From sequence record OP557969.1: 64,000 bases of DNA; one strand, 5' to 3'. The stretch's first letter is position 1; each line of letters opens with the position of its first letter. This document shows, piece after piece, positions 23,799 to 42,346 of the stretch. Position numbers and translations under genes: made by a program. This DNA comes from Escherichia phage ph0011. The notes beneath the pieces are model-generated. The model made no database searches, had not been told where the DNA came from, and saw nothing but the letters and a program-made list of their open reading frames with translations.

Positions 23799-24380
23799 AT
23801 GGCACAACAACAAATTGCATTACAACAAGTACGAACTGGTAAACAACGAGATTTACCAGATGCATTAGAAAAAGGTCAGATAGGATTTAGTACTGATGTG
23901 GGTCGTGTATTCATTGGTCTACCATCATCATCTGACCCAGCTAGTCTAGTTGCAGGAAGAACATGGACAACTGATCCAAATTCAGGAAAAGAAAACGTAG
24001 AAATAATTACAGAATTTTCACCGTGGAGAACGGTTTCCAAAATAGTCAATAGGCCATTTAAAGTGGATCTCCCACAAAATCAAGATAAAATTGAAGTTAT
24101 TCTTGATAGTGAGAGTCGAGTCTTTATTGATTATATTGCATATGATGATACTGAAGAGGTTTTAGAATCTGGAACAGTCCAAATTGTGGCGATTGGCTCA
24201 AAGGCGATGTTTGCACAGTCTAATAACACAAATCGAAATGATGCGATTATATCTATTACATTTGAAGATCCTGCATATGATCCAACAACTGGAAATATGC
24301 AATTCAATATAGTTAACTCGGATTATTTAAATGCAGGATATCATATAGAATTTGTATATCGTGGGTGGGACAAACCTTAA
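23799..24380 (+). CDS. Hypothetical protein (193 aa)
   Basis: ORF with AGGAG RBS. Confidence 0.55.
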   Translation: MAQQQIALQQVRTGKQRDLPDALEKGQIGFSTDVGRVFIGLPSSSDPASLVAGRTWTTDPNSGKENVEIITEFSPWRTVSKIVNRPFKVDLPQNQDKIEVILDSESRVFIDYIAYDDTEEVLESGTVQIVAIGSKAMFAQSNNTNRNDAIISITFEDPAYDPTTGNMQFNIVNSDYLNAGYHIEFVYRGWDKP

Positions 24381-24399
24381 AAGGCGTCCCGCCTTTTTC
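24379..24399 (+). terminator. Rho-independent terminator
   Basis: aaaggcg-tcc-cgccttttt. Confidence 0.55.
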
Positions 24400-24443
24400 T
24401 TCCACTAAAAAAGTAATTTACATCAAAAAAACAAGGATGACAT

Positions 24444-26762
24444 ATGATTAACGTAACCAAGCGTAATGGAATGAAAGAACCGTTATCATTGGATAAGATC
24501 CATCAGATTTTATTTTTCGCTGCTGAAGGTCTAAGTGGTATTTCAGTTTCTGAAATTGAACTTCGTGCACAACTTCAGTTTTATGAAGGTATTGAAACCA
24601 GTACTATTCATGATATTCTGATTAAAGCAGCCGCAGAACTTATTTCAGAAGATACACCAAATTACCAATATGTTGCTGGTAGATTATTAAACTATAGTAT
24701 TCGTAAGCAAGTATATGGGCAGTATGACCCGATTAAATATGCTGCTCATCTTCAAGAAATGGTTGATATCAAAATATATGATCCTGAAATTCTTGAAAAA
24801 TATACTCTTCAAGAAATAGAAGAGCTTGGGCGTTATATCAAACATAAACGTGACGATAAATTTACTTATGTTGCAATGCGACAATGGGAAGGAAAATACC
24901 TTTACAAAAACCGCGTTACTAAGAAAATTTATGAAACTCCACAAATGGCATATATGACTATTGCCGCAATCATTTTTATGGAGTATGATCGTTCCGTTCG
25001 TATGTCATATGTTAAAAAGTTTTATGATGCAGTAAGTAACTTTGACATTAGTCTTCCTACACCTATTATGGCTGGTCTACGTACAAACACACGTCAGTTT
25101 AGCTCTTGTGTAGTTCTAAATGTTGGTGACAGCTTGGATAGTATTGGTTCATCTAACCACGCCATTCTACGTTATATTTCACGTAAAGCTGGTCTTGGTA
25201 TTAATATGGGCCGCATTCGTGCCCTAGACTCCGAGATTCGTTCAGGTGATGCAGTACATACTGGATTGATTCCGTTCATTGCAGCTACTGCTAAAACTGT
25301 TAAAAGCTGTTCACAAGGTGGTGTTCGTGGTGGAGCAGCAACTGTTCACTTCCCATTGTGGCATTTGGAATTTGATAACTTGGTAGTTCTTAAAAACAAC
25401 AAAGGAACTGAGTTTAACCGTGTACGTCAACTGGACTATTGTTTCCAAGTAAACAAAACTTTGTATCAACGTTTGGTTGATGGAAAGAATATCACGTTCT
25501 TTAGTCCTAATGAAGTTCCTGGGTTATATGATGCATTTTGCTCTGATCAAAAAGAATTTGAAAAGCTATATAAAAAATACGAATCTGACCAAAGCATCCG
25601 TAAAAAATCCGTACCTGCTGTTGAAGTATTCAGTACTCTAATGACTGAGCGTGCAGAAACTGGTCGCATTTATATTCAAAATATTGACCATGCAAACACA
25701 CACTCAACCTTTATTGAATCAATTGCACCAATTGAACAATCCAACTTGTGCCAAGAAATTGCACTACCATCTGTACCATTTGATGATATTAATACAGGTG
25801 AAGGTTTGATTAGTCTATGTACTTTGAGTGCAATCAACTGGGGTAACTTTGATCGCCCAGAAGATATGGAAACTGCATGTGATCTTTCTGTACGTGCACT
25901 TGATTCTCTATTGGACTATCAAGACTATCCAGTGGTTCATGCGGATCGTGCAACAAAAATGTACCGCCCGTTGGGTGTTGGTATCATTAACTTTGCATAC
26001 TTCCTAGCCAAACGTGGGTTACGTTATAATGAGGAAGCATTAGAAACAGTTAACGAGTGGGCTGAAGCATGGTCTTATTATCTAATTAAATCTTCTGTAC
26101 AGCTTGCCAAAGAAAAAGGTAAGTGTGAAGGTTTTGACACATTAAAATATGCTAAAGGTATCCTTCCAATTGATACTTATAAATCTGATATGGATGAATT
26201 AGTAACTAAAGAGCTAAAACAAGATTGGAAATCTTTGCGTGAAGATATCAAACAATATGGTATTCGTAATGCTACAACTATGGCTCTAATGCCAGCAGAA
26301 ACAAGTGCACAAATCAGTAACAGTACTAACGGTATTGAAAAACCTCGTTCTCTTGTAACAAAGAAACTATCAAAAGATGGTATTCTGAAACAAGTAGTTC
26401 CTGAAATCAATAAGTTGAAAAACAAATATGATTTACTATGGGAACAAAAAGATAACATTGGCTATCTACAAATTTGTGGTGTTCTACAAAAATACATTGA
26501 TCAAAGTATCAGCGTTAATACCAGTTACAATCCAGTACATTTCCCTGATGGAAAGTTACCAATGTCAACTCTCCTAACTGAGCTTATGTATGCATATAAA
26601 GTAGGGCTTAAGAACCTGTACTATCATAATACCAATGACGGTTCGGATGAAGTAGATGTTGAAAAAGTACTCAAAGAAGCATCTAAACCAGAATCAGGGC
26701 AGTTTGTGTTACCTACATTACCTGACTTGGATGAAGGTGATTGTGATAGTTGTAAAATCTAA
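24444..26762 (+). CDS. nrdA: Ribonucleotide reductase class Ia alpha subunit
   Basis: N-terminal ATP-cone-like region (VTKRNGMKEPLSLDKI); length about 770 aa; C-terminal Cys pair CDSCKI. Confidence 0.8.
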   Translation: MINVTKRNGMKEPLSLDKIHQILFFAAEGLSGISVSEIELRAQLQFYEGIETSTIHDILIKAAAELISEDTPNYQYVAGRLLNYSIRKQVYGQYDPIKYAAHLQEMVDIKIYDPEILEKYTLQEIEELGRYIKHKRDDKFTYVAMRQWEGKYLYKNRVTKKIYETPQMAYMTIAAIIFMEYDRSVRMSYVKKFYDAVSNFDISLPTPIMAGLRTNTRQFSSCVVLNVGDSLDSIGSSNHAILRYISRKAGLGINMGRIRALDSEIRSGDAVHTGLIPFIAATAKTVKSCSQGGVRGGAATVHFPLWHLEFDNLVVLKNNKGTEFNRVRQLDYCFQVNKTLYQRLVDGKNITFFSPNEVPGLYDAFCSDQKEFEKLYKKYESDQSIRKKSVPAVEVFSTLMTERAETGRIYIQNIDHANTHSTFIESIAPIEQSNLCQEIALPSVPFDDINTGEGLISLCTLSAINWGNFDRPEDMETACDLSVRALDSLLDYQDYPVVHADRATKMYRPLGVGIINFAYFLAKRGLRYNEEALETVNEWAEAWSYYLIKSSVQLAKEKGKCEGFDTLKYAKGILPIDTYKSDMDELVTKELKQDWKSLREDIKQYGIRNATTMALMPAETSAQISNSTNGIEKPRSLVTKKLSKDGILKQVVPEINKLKNKYDLLWEQKDNIGYLQICGVLQKYIDQSISVNTSYNPVHFPDGKLPMSTLLTELMYAYKVGLKNLYYHNTNDGSDEVDVEKVLKEASKPESGQFVLPTLPDLDEGDCDSCKI

Positions 26763-26767
26763 ATAAA

Positions 26768-26790
26768 AATCCCGCTTCGGCGGGATTAAT
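26768..26790 (+). terminator. Rho-independent terminator between nrdA and nrdB
   Basis: atcccgc-ttcg-gcgggat hairpin. Confidence 0.6.
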
Positions 26791-26816
26791 CTTTCCGAAT
26801 ATTTAAAGGAATATAT

Positions 26817-27941
26817 ATGTCAGTTTTTAAAATTAATGAGAAATCTCACCTAGAAAAAAATATGTTTTTTGATGAAAGTGTTGACATTCAACGATTTGAA
26901 AGTGTGAAATATTCAGCACTAGAGAAACTAACTGAACAACAGAAAAGTTTCTTCTGGACCCCTGGTGAAGTTGATGTATCCAAGGATAAAATTGATTTTG
27001 CCAACCTTAATGATTCAGAGAAGCACATTTTTACCTCTAACTTGAAACGTCAAATTCTTCTTGATTCTGTACAAGGTCGTGGTCCAAACCTAATGCTACT
27101 ACCATATGCATCACTACCTGAATTAGAGAACTTTATTGAGACATGGGCATTCTTTGAAGGTGCTATTCATAGTAAATCATATACTCATATTATTCGTAAC
27201 ATTTACCCTAATCCATCTGAAGTGTTTGATACTATGTTGGACATTCCAGAAATCACAGATTGTGCGGCTGATGTGTCTAAGTATTATGATGAACTGGATG
27301 AGCTAGGTACATGGTATAAAGTACTGGGTGAAGGAACTCACAATGTCAATGGTAAAACTATTGTTGTTGATATGTACGAACTTAAAAAGAAAATGTGGTT
27401 GTGTCTGAATAGTATTAACATCCTTGAGGGTGTGCGTTTTTACGCTAGTTTTGCCTGTTCGTGGGCCTACGCCGAAAACAAGCTTATGGAAGGTAATGCC
27501 AAAATTATTCGTCTAATTTGTCGTGATGAAAATTTACACTTAGCGGCAACACAAATGATTCTTCGCCTACTTAAGAAAGAAGATCTAGACTTTGCAAAAA
27601 TTGCAGAAGAGTGTTATGATGAAGTACTGGAAATGTTTATGTCTGCTATTCGCCAAGAAGAAGCTTGGGCAGATTTCCTCTTTAAAGATGGTTCTATTAT
27701 TGGATTGAACTCTGAAATTCTTAAACAGTATGTTCGCTGGATTGGATCTAAGCGTATGACGGCACTTGGTATCAAATGTCCATATACTGTATCCAAGAGT
27801 AACCCACTACCGTGGACTGAACACTGGGTAAGTGGTAGTTCTGTACAGGTAGCACCACAAGAAACTGAAATCAGTTCTTATATCATTGGTGGTATTGTGA
27901 ATGATATTCAAGAAGATACATTCACACCATTCAAACTATAA
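26817..27941 (+). CDS. nrdB: Ribonucleotide reductase class Ia beta subunit
   Basis: Immediately downstream of nrdA; typical length (374 aa); diiron-subunit-like helices. Confidence 0.75.
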   Translation: MSVFKINEKSHLEKNMFFDESVDIQRFESVKYSALEKLTEQQKSFFWTPGEVDVSKDKIDFANLNDSEKHIFTSNLKRQILLDSVQGRGPNLMLLPYASLPELENFIETWAFFEGAIHSKSYTHIIRNIYPNPSEVFDTMLDIPEITDCAADVSKYYDELDELGTWYKVLGEGTHNVNGKTIVVDMYELKKKMWLCLNSINILEGVRFYASFACSWAYAENKLMEGNAKIIRLICRDENLHLAATQMILRLLKKEDLDFAKIAEECYDEVLEMFMSAIRQEEAWADFLFKDGSIIGLNSEILKQYVRWIGSKRMTALGIKCPYTVSKSNPLPWTEHWVSGSSVQVAPQETEISSYIIGGIVNDIQEDTFTPFKL

Positions 27942-27953
27942 AATAAAACTAAC

Positions 27954-27978
27954 AGGGATTCATAGAATCCCTTTTCTT
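27954..27978 (+). terminator. Rho-independent terminator
   Basis: gggattc-ata-gaatccc followed by ttttctt. Confidence 0.6.
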
Positions 27979-27989
27979 ATGGAATTTTT

Positions 27990-28157
27990 ATGAGTGATAT
28001 TTTTACAATTGAGCGTAATGTTATCTATGACTTCTACCTAACTGGTGGATTTAAGGTAACTGGTGCGGTATCTGATGTTTGTCCAAATGGACTTGTACTG
28101 GTCGATGGTACTAGAGTTGTTCAGGCACATATTGTTATGTTTGTACCAACCAAATAA
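27990..28157 (+). CDS. Small ORF (55 aa) absent from the ORF track
   Basis: ATG at 27990 to TAA at 28155-28157, between a terminator and a promoter-like element. Confidence 0.3.
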   Translation: MSDIFTIERNVIYDFYLTGGFKVTGAVSDVCPNGLVLVDGTRVVQAHIVMFVPTK

Positions 28158-28163
28158 AAATTT

Positions 28164-29593
<1,430 letters not shown>

Positions 29594-29595
29594 TA

Positions 29596-29626
29596 AAAAA
29601 GGAGCAACATATTGTTGCTCCTTTAA
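29596..29626. terminator. Bidirectional terminator between convergent genes
   Basis: aaaaaaggagcaaca-tat-tgttgctccttt; perfect 10-bp stem flanked by A-run and T-run. Confidence 0.65.
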
Positions 29627-29627
29627 C

Positions 29628-31030
<1,403 letters not shown>

Positions 31031-31098
31031 TGTTAATCTCCAATTGTATTGTTATTTTTATAAAGTATTTACCCGATTTTACGTTTTATATAGTTTAT

Positions 31099-33791
<2,693 letters not shown>

Positions 33792-33877
33792 AAAAACTAA
33801 ATGCTATACATAAATATTTTTTTGATTTTTAATAATAAATAATCAAGAGTGTTTTGTATTATGGAGAAGAATATACA

Positions 33878-34444
33878 ATGAACAATTTACTACAAGTATT
33901 TAAAATTGAAGTTGCAGGGACAAATCTAGATAATATTCCATATTATATGTATGGTGATTATGATTCGTCTTCCACTACGACTGCACCGACAGATCAGCAG
34001 ACAATTGATAAGTCAGTTGCATTATTGCGTTACCTACAGCTATCTCGTCTGTTATCTACTTATACTGTACCAGTATACAGTACTGTTGAATTTGAGATCC
34101 CAGGAACTGCAAAAACAATCCCAACTGGTGCGACAATTACTGTTGGTTACATTAGTTACGAGCCATTTCTTAGTACACTAAGTGCCACCGAGCAAGCAGC
34201 ATTAAGTACTGAAGAAATGAAAACAGCAAAAGCCGCTGAGATTATCCAAACACTAATCAATGATTCATTGAAAGGTGATGGCACTAATGCAATGGTAAAT
34301 GAAGAGATCACCGTACAGAAAACTATCAATCGCAGTAAGGACGCACTTAGTACAAGTACTGTTGATTTTATTGAATATGAGAACGTGTATCTAGATGTTC
34401 CGTCTGTTACTGACGCATCGGTAGTATCTTACGTTAAACTATAA
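33878..34444 (+). CDS. Hypothetical protein
   Basis: ATG at 33878 preceded by GGAGAAG; Thr/Ser-rich. Confidence 0.5.
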   Translation: MNNLLQVFKIEVAGTNLDNIPYYMYGDYDSSSTTTAPTDQQTIDKSVALLRYLQLSRLLSTYTVPVYSTVEFEIPGTAKTIPTGATITVGYISYEPFLSTLSATEQAALSTEEMKTAKAAEIIQTLINDSLKGDGTNAMVNEEITVQKTINRSKDALSTSTVDFIEYENVYLDVPSVTDASVVSYVKL

Positions 34445-34467
34445 TTTTATAACATGGAGTTCTTGAC

Positions 34468-34662
34468 ATGACTAACAAAACATTTTATGATCGTATTATT
34501 GAAGACAAGGGAGTTTTTGATAAGGTAGTTTATGACTTAGAACTTATGATCAAAGACGCACCGAATCCAAGAGTACGAACCCAAGCAGAGTTTGCAAAAA
34601 CTTATCTTGTTCAAGTACAAGCAATTTGTGAAGCAATCAAAAAACATAATGATAGTGCTTGA
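34468..34662 (+). CDS. Hypothetical small protein (64 aa)
   Basis: ORF. Confidence 0.4.
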   Translation: MTNKTFYDRIIEDKGVFDKVVYDLELMIKDAPNPRVRTQAEFAKTYLVQVQAICEAIKKHNDSA

Positions 34663-34688
34663 CAGAACAAAAGTTCTATCCTATAATT
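34659..34688 (+). promoter_or_regulatory. Sigma70-like promoter (TTGACA-N18-TATAAT) upstream of the IF3-like gene
   Basis: ttgaca 34659-34664; tataat 34683-34688. Confidence 0.45.
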
Positions 34689-34731
34689 ACTATCGAACAA
34701 CACATTAAAATCATATTGGAGTTTTTATTAC

Positions 34732-35794
<1,063 letters not shown>

Positions 35795-35805
35795 AATATA
35801 AACTT

Positions 35806-37973
<2,168 letters not shown>

Positions 37974-37974
<1 letters not shown>

Positions 37975-38765
37975 TGCCTAGTAAAAGCAAAAGTCAAGCC
38001 AAATTCTTTGCTATCGCAGCACATGATCCAGAATTTGCAAAGAAAGCGGGAATTTCACAAAGTACTGCGAAAGAATGGAATACCGCAGATGAAAAGGAAG
38101 GAAATCTTAAAAAAAGTTCTAAACTTCCTAATAAGGTAAAAGAATCAAGTATGCGTGGTTTGGTAGATATAGTAAAAGATGCAGAACTTGCTGATGATAC
38201 AAAAGAAGAACCATGTGATATAATTGATGAATCTGATGATATTGAAAAGTTGGAAGAAATGCCACAACGATTTGATAGTTTTCAAGGTCAAGACCGAGAT
38301 GAGTTTGTCGATAAAACTGCCAAACTAACTGGTAAACATAACATGGTTAAGTTCGCAGAACATAAAGACTATGATGTGTATATTAATAAAAACGGTTCTG
38401 GATTTATCGCTTATGATAAGTCTGGTAAACAGCTTGCTGTCGTTAGTGGTCATTTATCTAATGATGCAGTTCTTGGTGTACAAAATGTATTTGAGATTGC
38501 AGCCACTGCATCTAAAACTGGCACTAAAGGTATCATCTATAACATCTTTATGGATATGGTTGCCCATGGCATTAAAGTGCTAAGCGATAGTTTACACACA
38601 GATGATGCAATTAAATTCTGGACGCGATTGATTGGCTCACATCAAGTTTATGTTGTTGGTGGTGGAGAAGTTCTTTCAAAGGCGAGTCCAGATAAGATTC
38701 ATAAGTACTGGAGTGATGATGAGTCAAGTCCAAGTGCTGAACTTCAACTTATGTTAGTGAAATAA
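37974..38765 (+). CDS. Hypothetical protein (263 aa)
   Basis: ORF with TAATG overlap. Confidence 0.55.
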
Positions 38766-38767
38766 TA

Positions 38768-38797
38768 CATCGGGGCATTTTGTCCCGATATTTTTTG
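38768..38797 (+). terminator. Rho-independent terminator
   Basis: atcggg-gcattttgt-cccgat followed by attttttg. Confidence 0.5.
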
Positions 38798-38824
38798 AGA
38801 CAATAATCACATTGGTGATACAAT
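38797..38824 (+). promoter_or_regulatory. Promoter-like element GAGACA-N16-TGaTACAAT upstream of topoisomerase
   Basis: Same spacing as the other copies of the motif. Confidence 0.4.
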
Positions 38825-38858
38825 GTTTTGTGACAAAGAGACATGATAAGGAATTCAA

Positions 38859-40823
38859 ATGGCTAAGAAAGAAAGTGCTGTCCTACAGGAACATGATGTT
38901 CAACGACTAAACGATTATCAACATGCTCGTTTACGTACTGAGATGTATCTCGGTTCTCGTTCAGTACATGAAAGTCAAGTACTGATTTTTGGTGAATCAG
39001 GATATGAAGTTAAGAACGTAGAATGGGTTCCTGCAATTCTTACTGCTACGCGTGAAATTATTGATAATAGCTTGGATGAATTTAAAAAAGCTGGAACTAA
39101 AGAACCTGTTTTGAAAGTTGATTTCAATGAAGAAGAACTATCATTTGAGATTAGTGATAATGGTCGTGGTATTCCGATTGATTATGTTCCAGAGTATCAA
39201 AAAAACCTATGTACAATGGTAATGACTGAAACAAAAACAGGTCGTAACTTTGACGATTCAAAACGTGATGAAACTATTGGTCAGAATGGTTTGGGTGGTT
39301 CAGTTGCGATGATTGTTAGTTCTAAGGCAGAATTGGAAATTCATCGTCAAGGTCGTCCATATAAAACACAAAGCAGTAATGATGGTTATGATGGGTTTTA
39401 TAAGTTCAATCAGAAGTTCGAAGAAGGAACTATTATGTTCCCTGAACTTCATGTACATGAACCTACAATTAGAAAGGTACAAACCGATAAAACTGGAACA
39501 ACAATTCGTTTTACATTGAGCAAAGAAGTTTTTCCAAATAGAAAATTACCTACTGAATTACTTTACAGTATTCTTAAAGAAATGGCAGCCGCAAACCCGA
39601 CTTATAAAATATTTTTGAATGGTAAACGTATTGTCATTAAAGGTAATACAGAGAAAGCATTGTTCAATGCATCGAAATTAATGCAGTTGCATGTTAAAGA
39701 TGATTCATTCAATTTTAACAGTACTTTTTATATTGTTCCTAATGCAGTATCTAACATGAACACCAACTTTCATATGCATGGTTTGGTTAACAATGCACCT
39801 GCTTTTGATGGCGGTACACATCTTGACACATTTAAAAAATTCTTTTCTTTGGGTGTAGGAGCAGCACTAGAGAAAGAATCCAAGAAACGTAGAATGAAAC
39901 CAAACCGTTCTGACATTGAAGAAGGATTGTTGATTTATAACGTCACGACTATGAAAGCACCTTCATTCAACTCACAGATTAAATCTAAACTAACAAATGA
40001 AAATGTAATTCGTCCTATTCAACAAGCAATGAGTTCTGAGTGGTTTGATGAATTGGTTAAGAAGAATAAAGAGTGGGTTGATGAAATTTTTGAACGCTGT
40101 GCGGCCCGTACTAATAAGAAAGATGCTGAAGAAGATCGCCGTTTGGCTAAAAAGCTTCTAAAAGGTAAGGTTGCAAAATTACTTGATAGTACTGGTACTG
40201 ATCGTTCACAGTGTATTTTATTGATTGCAGAAGGTGACTCTGCTATTTCCAACATGGCAAGTGCTCGTATACCAAGTATTCATGGGATTCTACCATTGCG
40301 TGGAAAGATTATGAACGTCAGTGGTTCTGAAAAGACCAAAGAATTAATGGATTCGATGGCATTGCATGACATAATGGCTAGTATCAATTTAGTACCAGGA
40401 GTTAAAGCTGAACGAGCAGACCTGAACTATGGTAAGCTTTATATTTGTGCAGATGAAGATGAAGATGGTAAGAATATCGGAGCATTAGTGTGTAACTTCC
40501 TGTTCAAATTCTGGCCTGAATTGTTCCAAGATCCAGAAAATCCATTTGTGTACATATTCAAAACTCCATTTATCATTCTAGAGAAAGGTAAGGAAACAAA
40601 ATACTACTATGGTCATGACGTACATGAATACAATCCTGACGATTGGAAAGGTTGGAAAGCAACTCGTGCAAAAGGGCTTGGTACGTTAGAAAAATCAAAC
40701 TTCCGCGACGCATTCACACATAGTGTTGCAGTAGCAATCACGGATGATGGACGTCTTGGTGAAACTCTTGATTTGATTTTCAACAAGAAACGTGCAGATG
40801 ACCGCAAGAACTGGATGGAATAA
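38859..40823 (+). CDS. 39: DNA topoisomerase II large subunit (GyrB-like ATPase + Toprim; T4 gp39-like)
   Basis: ATPase N-terminal region; Toprim motifs LIAEGDSA and ICADEDEDG. Confidence 0.75.
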   Translation: MAKKESAVLQEHDVQRLNDYQHARLRTEMYLGSRSVHESQVLIFGESGYEVKNVEWVPAILTATREIIDNSLDEFKKAGTKEPVLKVDFNEEELSFEISDNGRGIPIDYVPEYQKNLCTMVMTETKTGRNFDDSKRDETIGQNGLGGSVAMIVSSKAELEIHRQGRPYKTQSSNDGYDGFYKFNQKFEEGTIMFPELHVHEPTIRKVQTDKTGTTIRFTLSKEVFPNRKLPTELLYSILKEMAAANPTYKIFLNGKRIVIKGNTEKALFNASKLMQLHVKDDSFNFNSTFYIVPNAVSNMNTNFHMHGLVNNAPAFDGGTHLDTFKKFFSLGVGAALEKESKKRRMKPNRSDIEEGLLIYNVTTMKAPSFNSQIKSKLTNENVIRPIQQAMSSEWFDELVKKNKEWVDEIFERCAARTNKKDAEEDRRLAKKLLKGKVAKLLDSTGTDRSQCILLIAEGDSAISNMASARIPSIHGILPLRGKIMNVSGSEKTKELMDSMALHDIMASINLVPGVKAERADLNYGKLYICADEDEDGKNIGALVCNFLFKFWPELFQDPENPFVYIFKTPFIILEKGKETKYYYGHDVHEYNPDDWKGWKATRAKGLGTLEKSNFRDAFTHSVAVAITDDGRLGETLDLIFNKKRADDRKNWME

Positions 40824-40833
40824 TATAGGCTAA

Positions 40834-40858
40834 TGGGGGACATTGTGTTCCCCTTTTA
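40834..40858 (+). terminator. Weak terminator-like hairpin
   Basis: gggga-cattgtgt-tcccc followed by ttttat. Confidence 0.35.
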
Positions 40859-40873
40859 TAAAGAGACAATGGA

Positions 40874-42286
40874 ATGGCTAAAAGTAAAAAAACAGAAAAT
40901 CATAATATCGATAACCAAACGCTAACTCTACTAGATTATAACAGTTCTGATTATGTGAATACCACATCATTAGAGTATTCAATGTACACACTAGATCGTG
41001 CAATTCCAGGCATTGACGGTCTAAAGAGTTCACAACGAAAAGCAATTTTCACATTATCTAAAATCAGTGGTGAAATTAAAACAGTATCATGTGCTGGTAA
41101 AATGATCAGTGATGGTATCTATCTTCATGGTGACACATCTGCATCAGGAACACTTCAGAACTTAGCATCACCAGTAGCCAATAATTATCCACTAATAGGC
41201 AAACGTGGTGGTTTTGGTACACAAGTAAACAGTACACCAGCATCTGCTCGTTACACATACGTGAAGAAGAATAAGAGTACTGAGATGCTTGTTTTGCGTG
41301 ATGTAGATATTATTCCAATGAAAGAGAACTATGACGGTACAACATACGAACCAGTTCATTTCTTGCCTATCATTCCATTATCATTGTTTGGTAATGATAG
41401 TATGTCAGTTGGTTATAAGAGCACAATTCTACCACATAAAATTGAAGATATTATTGATAACTGTATTCGTGCTATTGATAAAAAACCACTAAAAGAAATG
41501 ACCCCATATTATGTTTCATGTGGTGCAAGTGATGTAGTAACCAAGCTGGATGAAAACAAGTACGAGTTCTATGGTAAAGCACAAGTCATTGATGCAAGTA
41601 CTGTTAAAGTAACAGGATTACCACCTAATTATGGTATTGAGAAGTTCATTGAAAAACTGATCAAAATGAGTGATGATGGGGAAATTCGTGATTATGACAA
41701 TAACAGTACTGATGTAATTGATATTACAATTAAACTTCCACGTGGAACTTCAGCTAAATGGACAGAGATGGATGTTATTGAGTATTTTGGTATTAACAAA
41801 AAAATAACTCAACATTTAACTGTTCTTGGTGAAAATGGTAAAGTAAAAGTTTACGATACTACTATGGATTTGATTAAAGACTTCGTGGATTTTCGTTTCA
41901 AATATTATATCAAGCGTTATGAAAAGAAACTTGATGATTGTGCCGCTGAGGTTCGTTATAAAATTCTAATTAAAGAATGTTTCGATAATGATATGATTGC
42001 GAAAGTAAAAGGATTTGCAAACCGTACCGAAATGGTTAATTTTGTTAAGTCGTTAAATACTGAAATTGAAGCATCTGACGAGAATATCCAAAGTATTGTT
42101 AACTTCCCATCATATCGCTGGACACAAGATAACTACCAATCAGTACTGCAAGATATTCAAGACAATCTAGAATTGATGGATAAGTACAATGAATTACTAT
42201 CCAACCATGATCTGATTTGGGATATTTATAAATCCGAACTTAAAGAACTAAAAAAGATTGATTTCACACCTAAATCTGATAATTGA
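40874..42286 (+). CDS. 52: DNA topoisomerase II medium subunit (GyrA-like cleavage domain; T4 gp52-like)
   Basis: DGLKSSQRK and active-site region SARYTY resembling gp52 AASRYIF. Confidence 0.7.
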   Translation: MAKSKKTENHNIDNQTLTLLDYNSSDYVNTTSLEYSMYTLDRAIPGIDGLKSSQRKAIFTLSKISGEIKTVSCAGKMISDGIYLHGDTSASGTLQNLASPVANNYPLIGKRGGFGTQVNSTPASARYTYVKKNKSTEMLVLRDVDIIPMKENYDGTTYEPVHFLPIIPLSLFGNDSMSVGYKSTILPHKIEDIIDNCIRAIDKKPLKEMTPYYVSCGASDVVTKLDENKYEFYGKAQVIDASTVKVTGLPPNYGIEKFIEKLIKMSDDGEIRDYDNNSTDVIDITIKLPRGTSAKWTEMDVIEYFGINKKITQHLTVLGENGKVKVYDTTMDLIKDFVDFRFKYYIKRYEKKLDDCAAEVRYKILIKECFDNDMIAKVKGFANRTEMVNFVKSLNTEIEASDENIQSIVNFPSYRWTQDNYQSVLQDIQDNLELMDKYNELLSNHDLIWDIYKSELKELKKIDFTPKSDN

Positions 42287-42296
42287 TATATTTAAT

Positions 42297-42328
42297 GGAA
42301 GACCCAATGGGTCTTCCTTGTCCTTTAT
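42297..42328 (+). terminator. Rho-independent terminator
   Basis: ggaagaccc-aat-gggtcttcc perfect 9-bp stem, T-rich tail. Confidence 0.6.
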
Positions 42329-42346
42329 ATAAATAATCTATAGATA

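Noticed and set aside
24444-27941. Group I intron or intein in nrdA or nrdB, as found in some T4-like phages
   Set aside because: Both ORFs are continuous and of normal length, with no internal homing-endonuclease-like insert.
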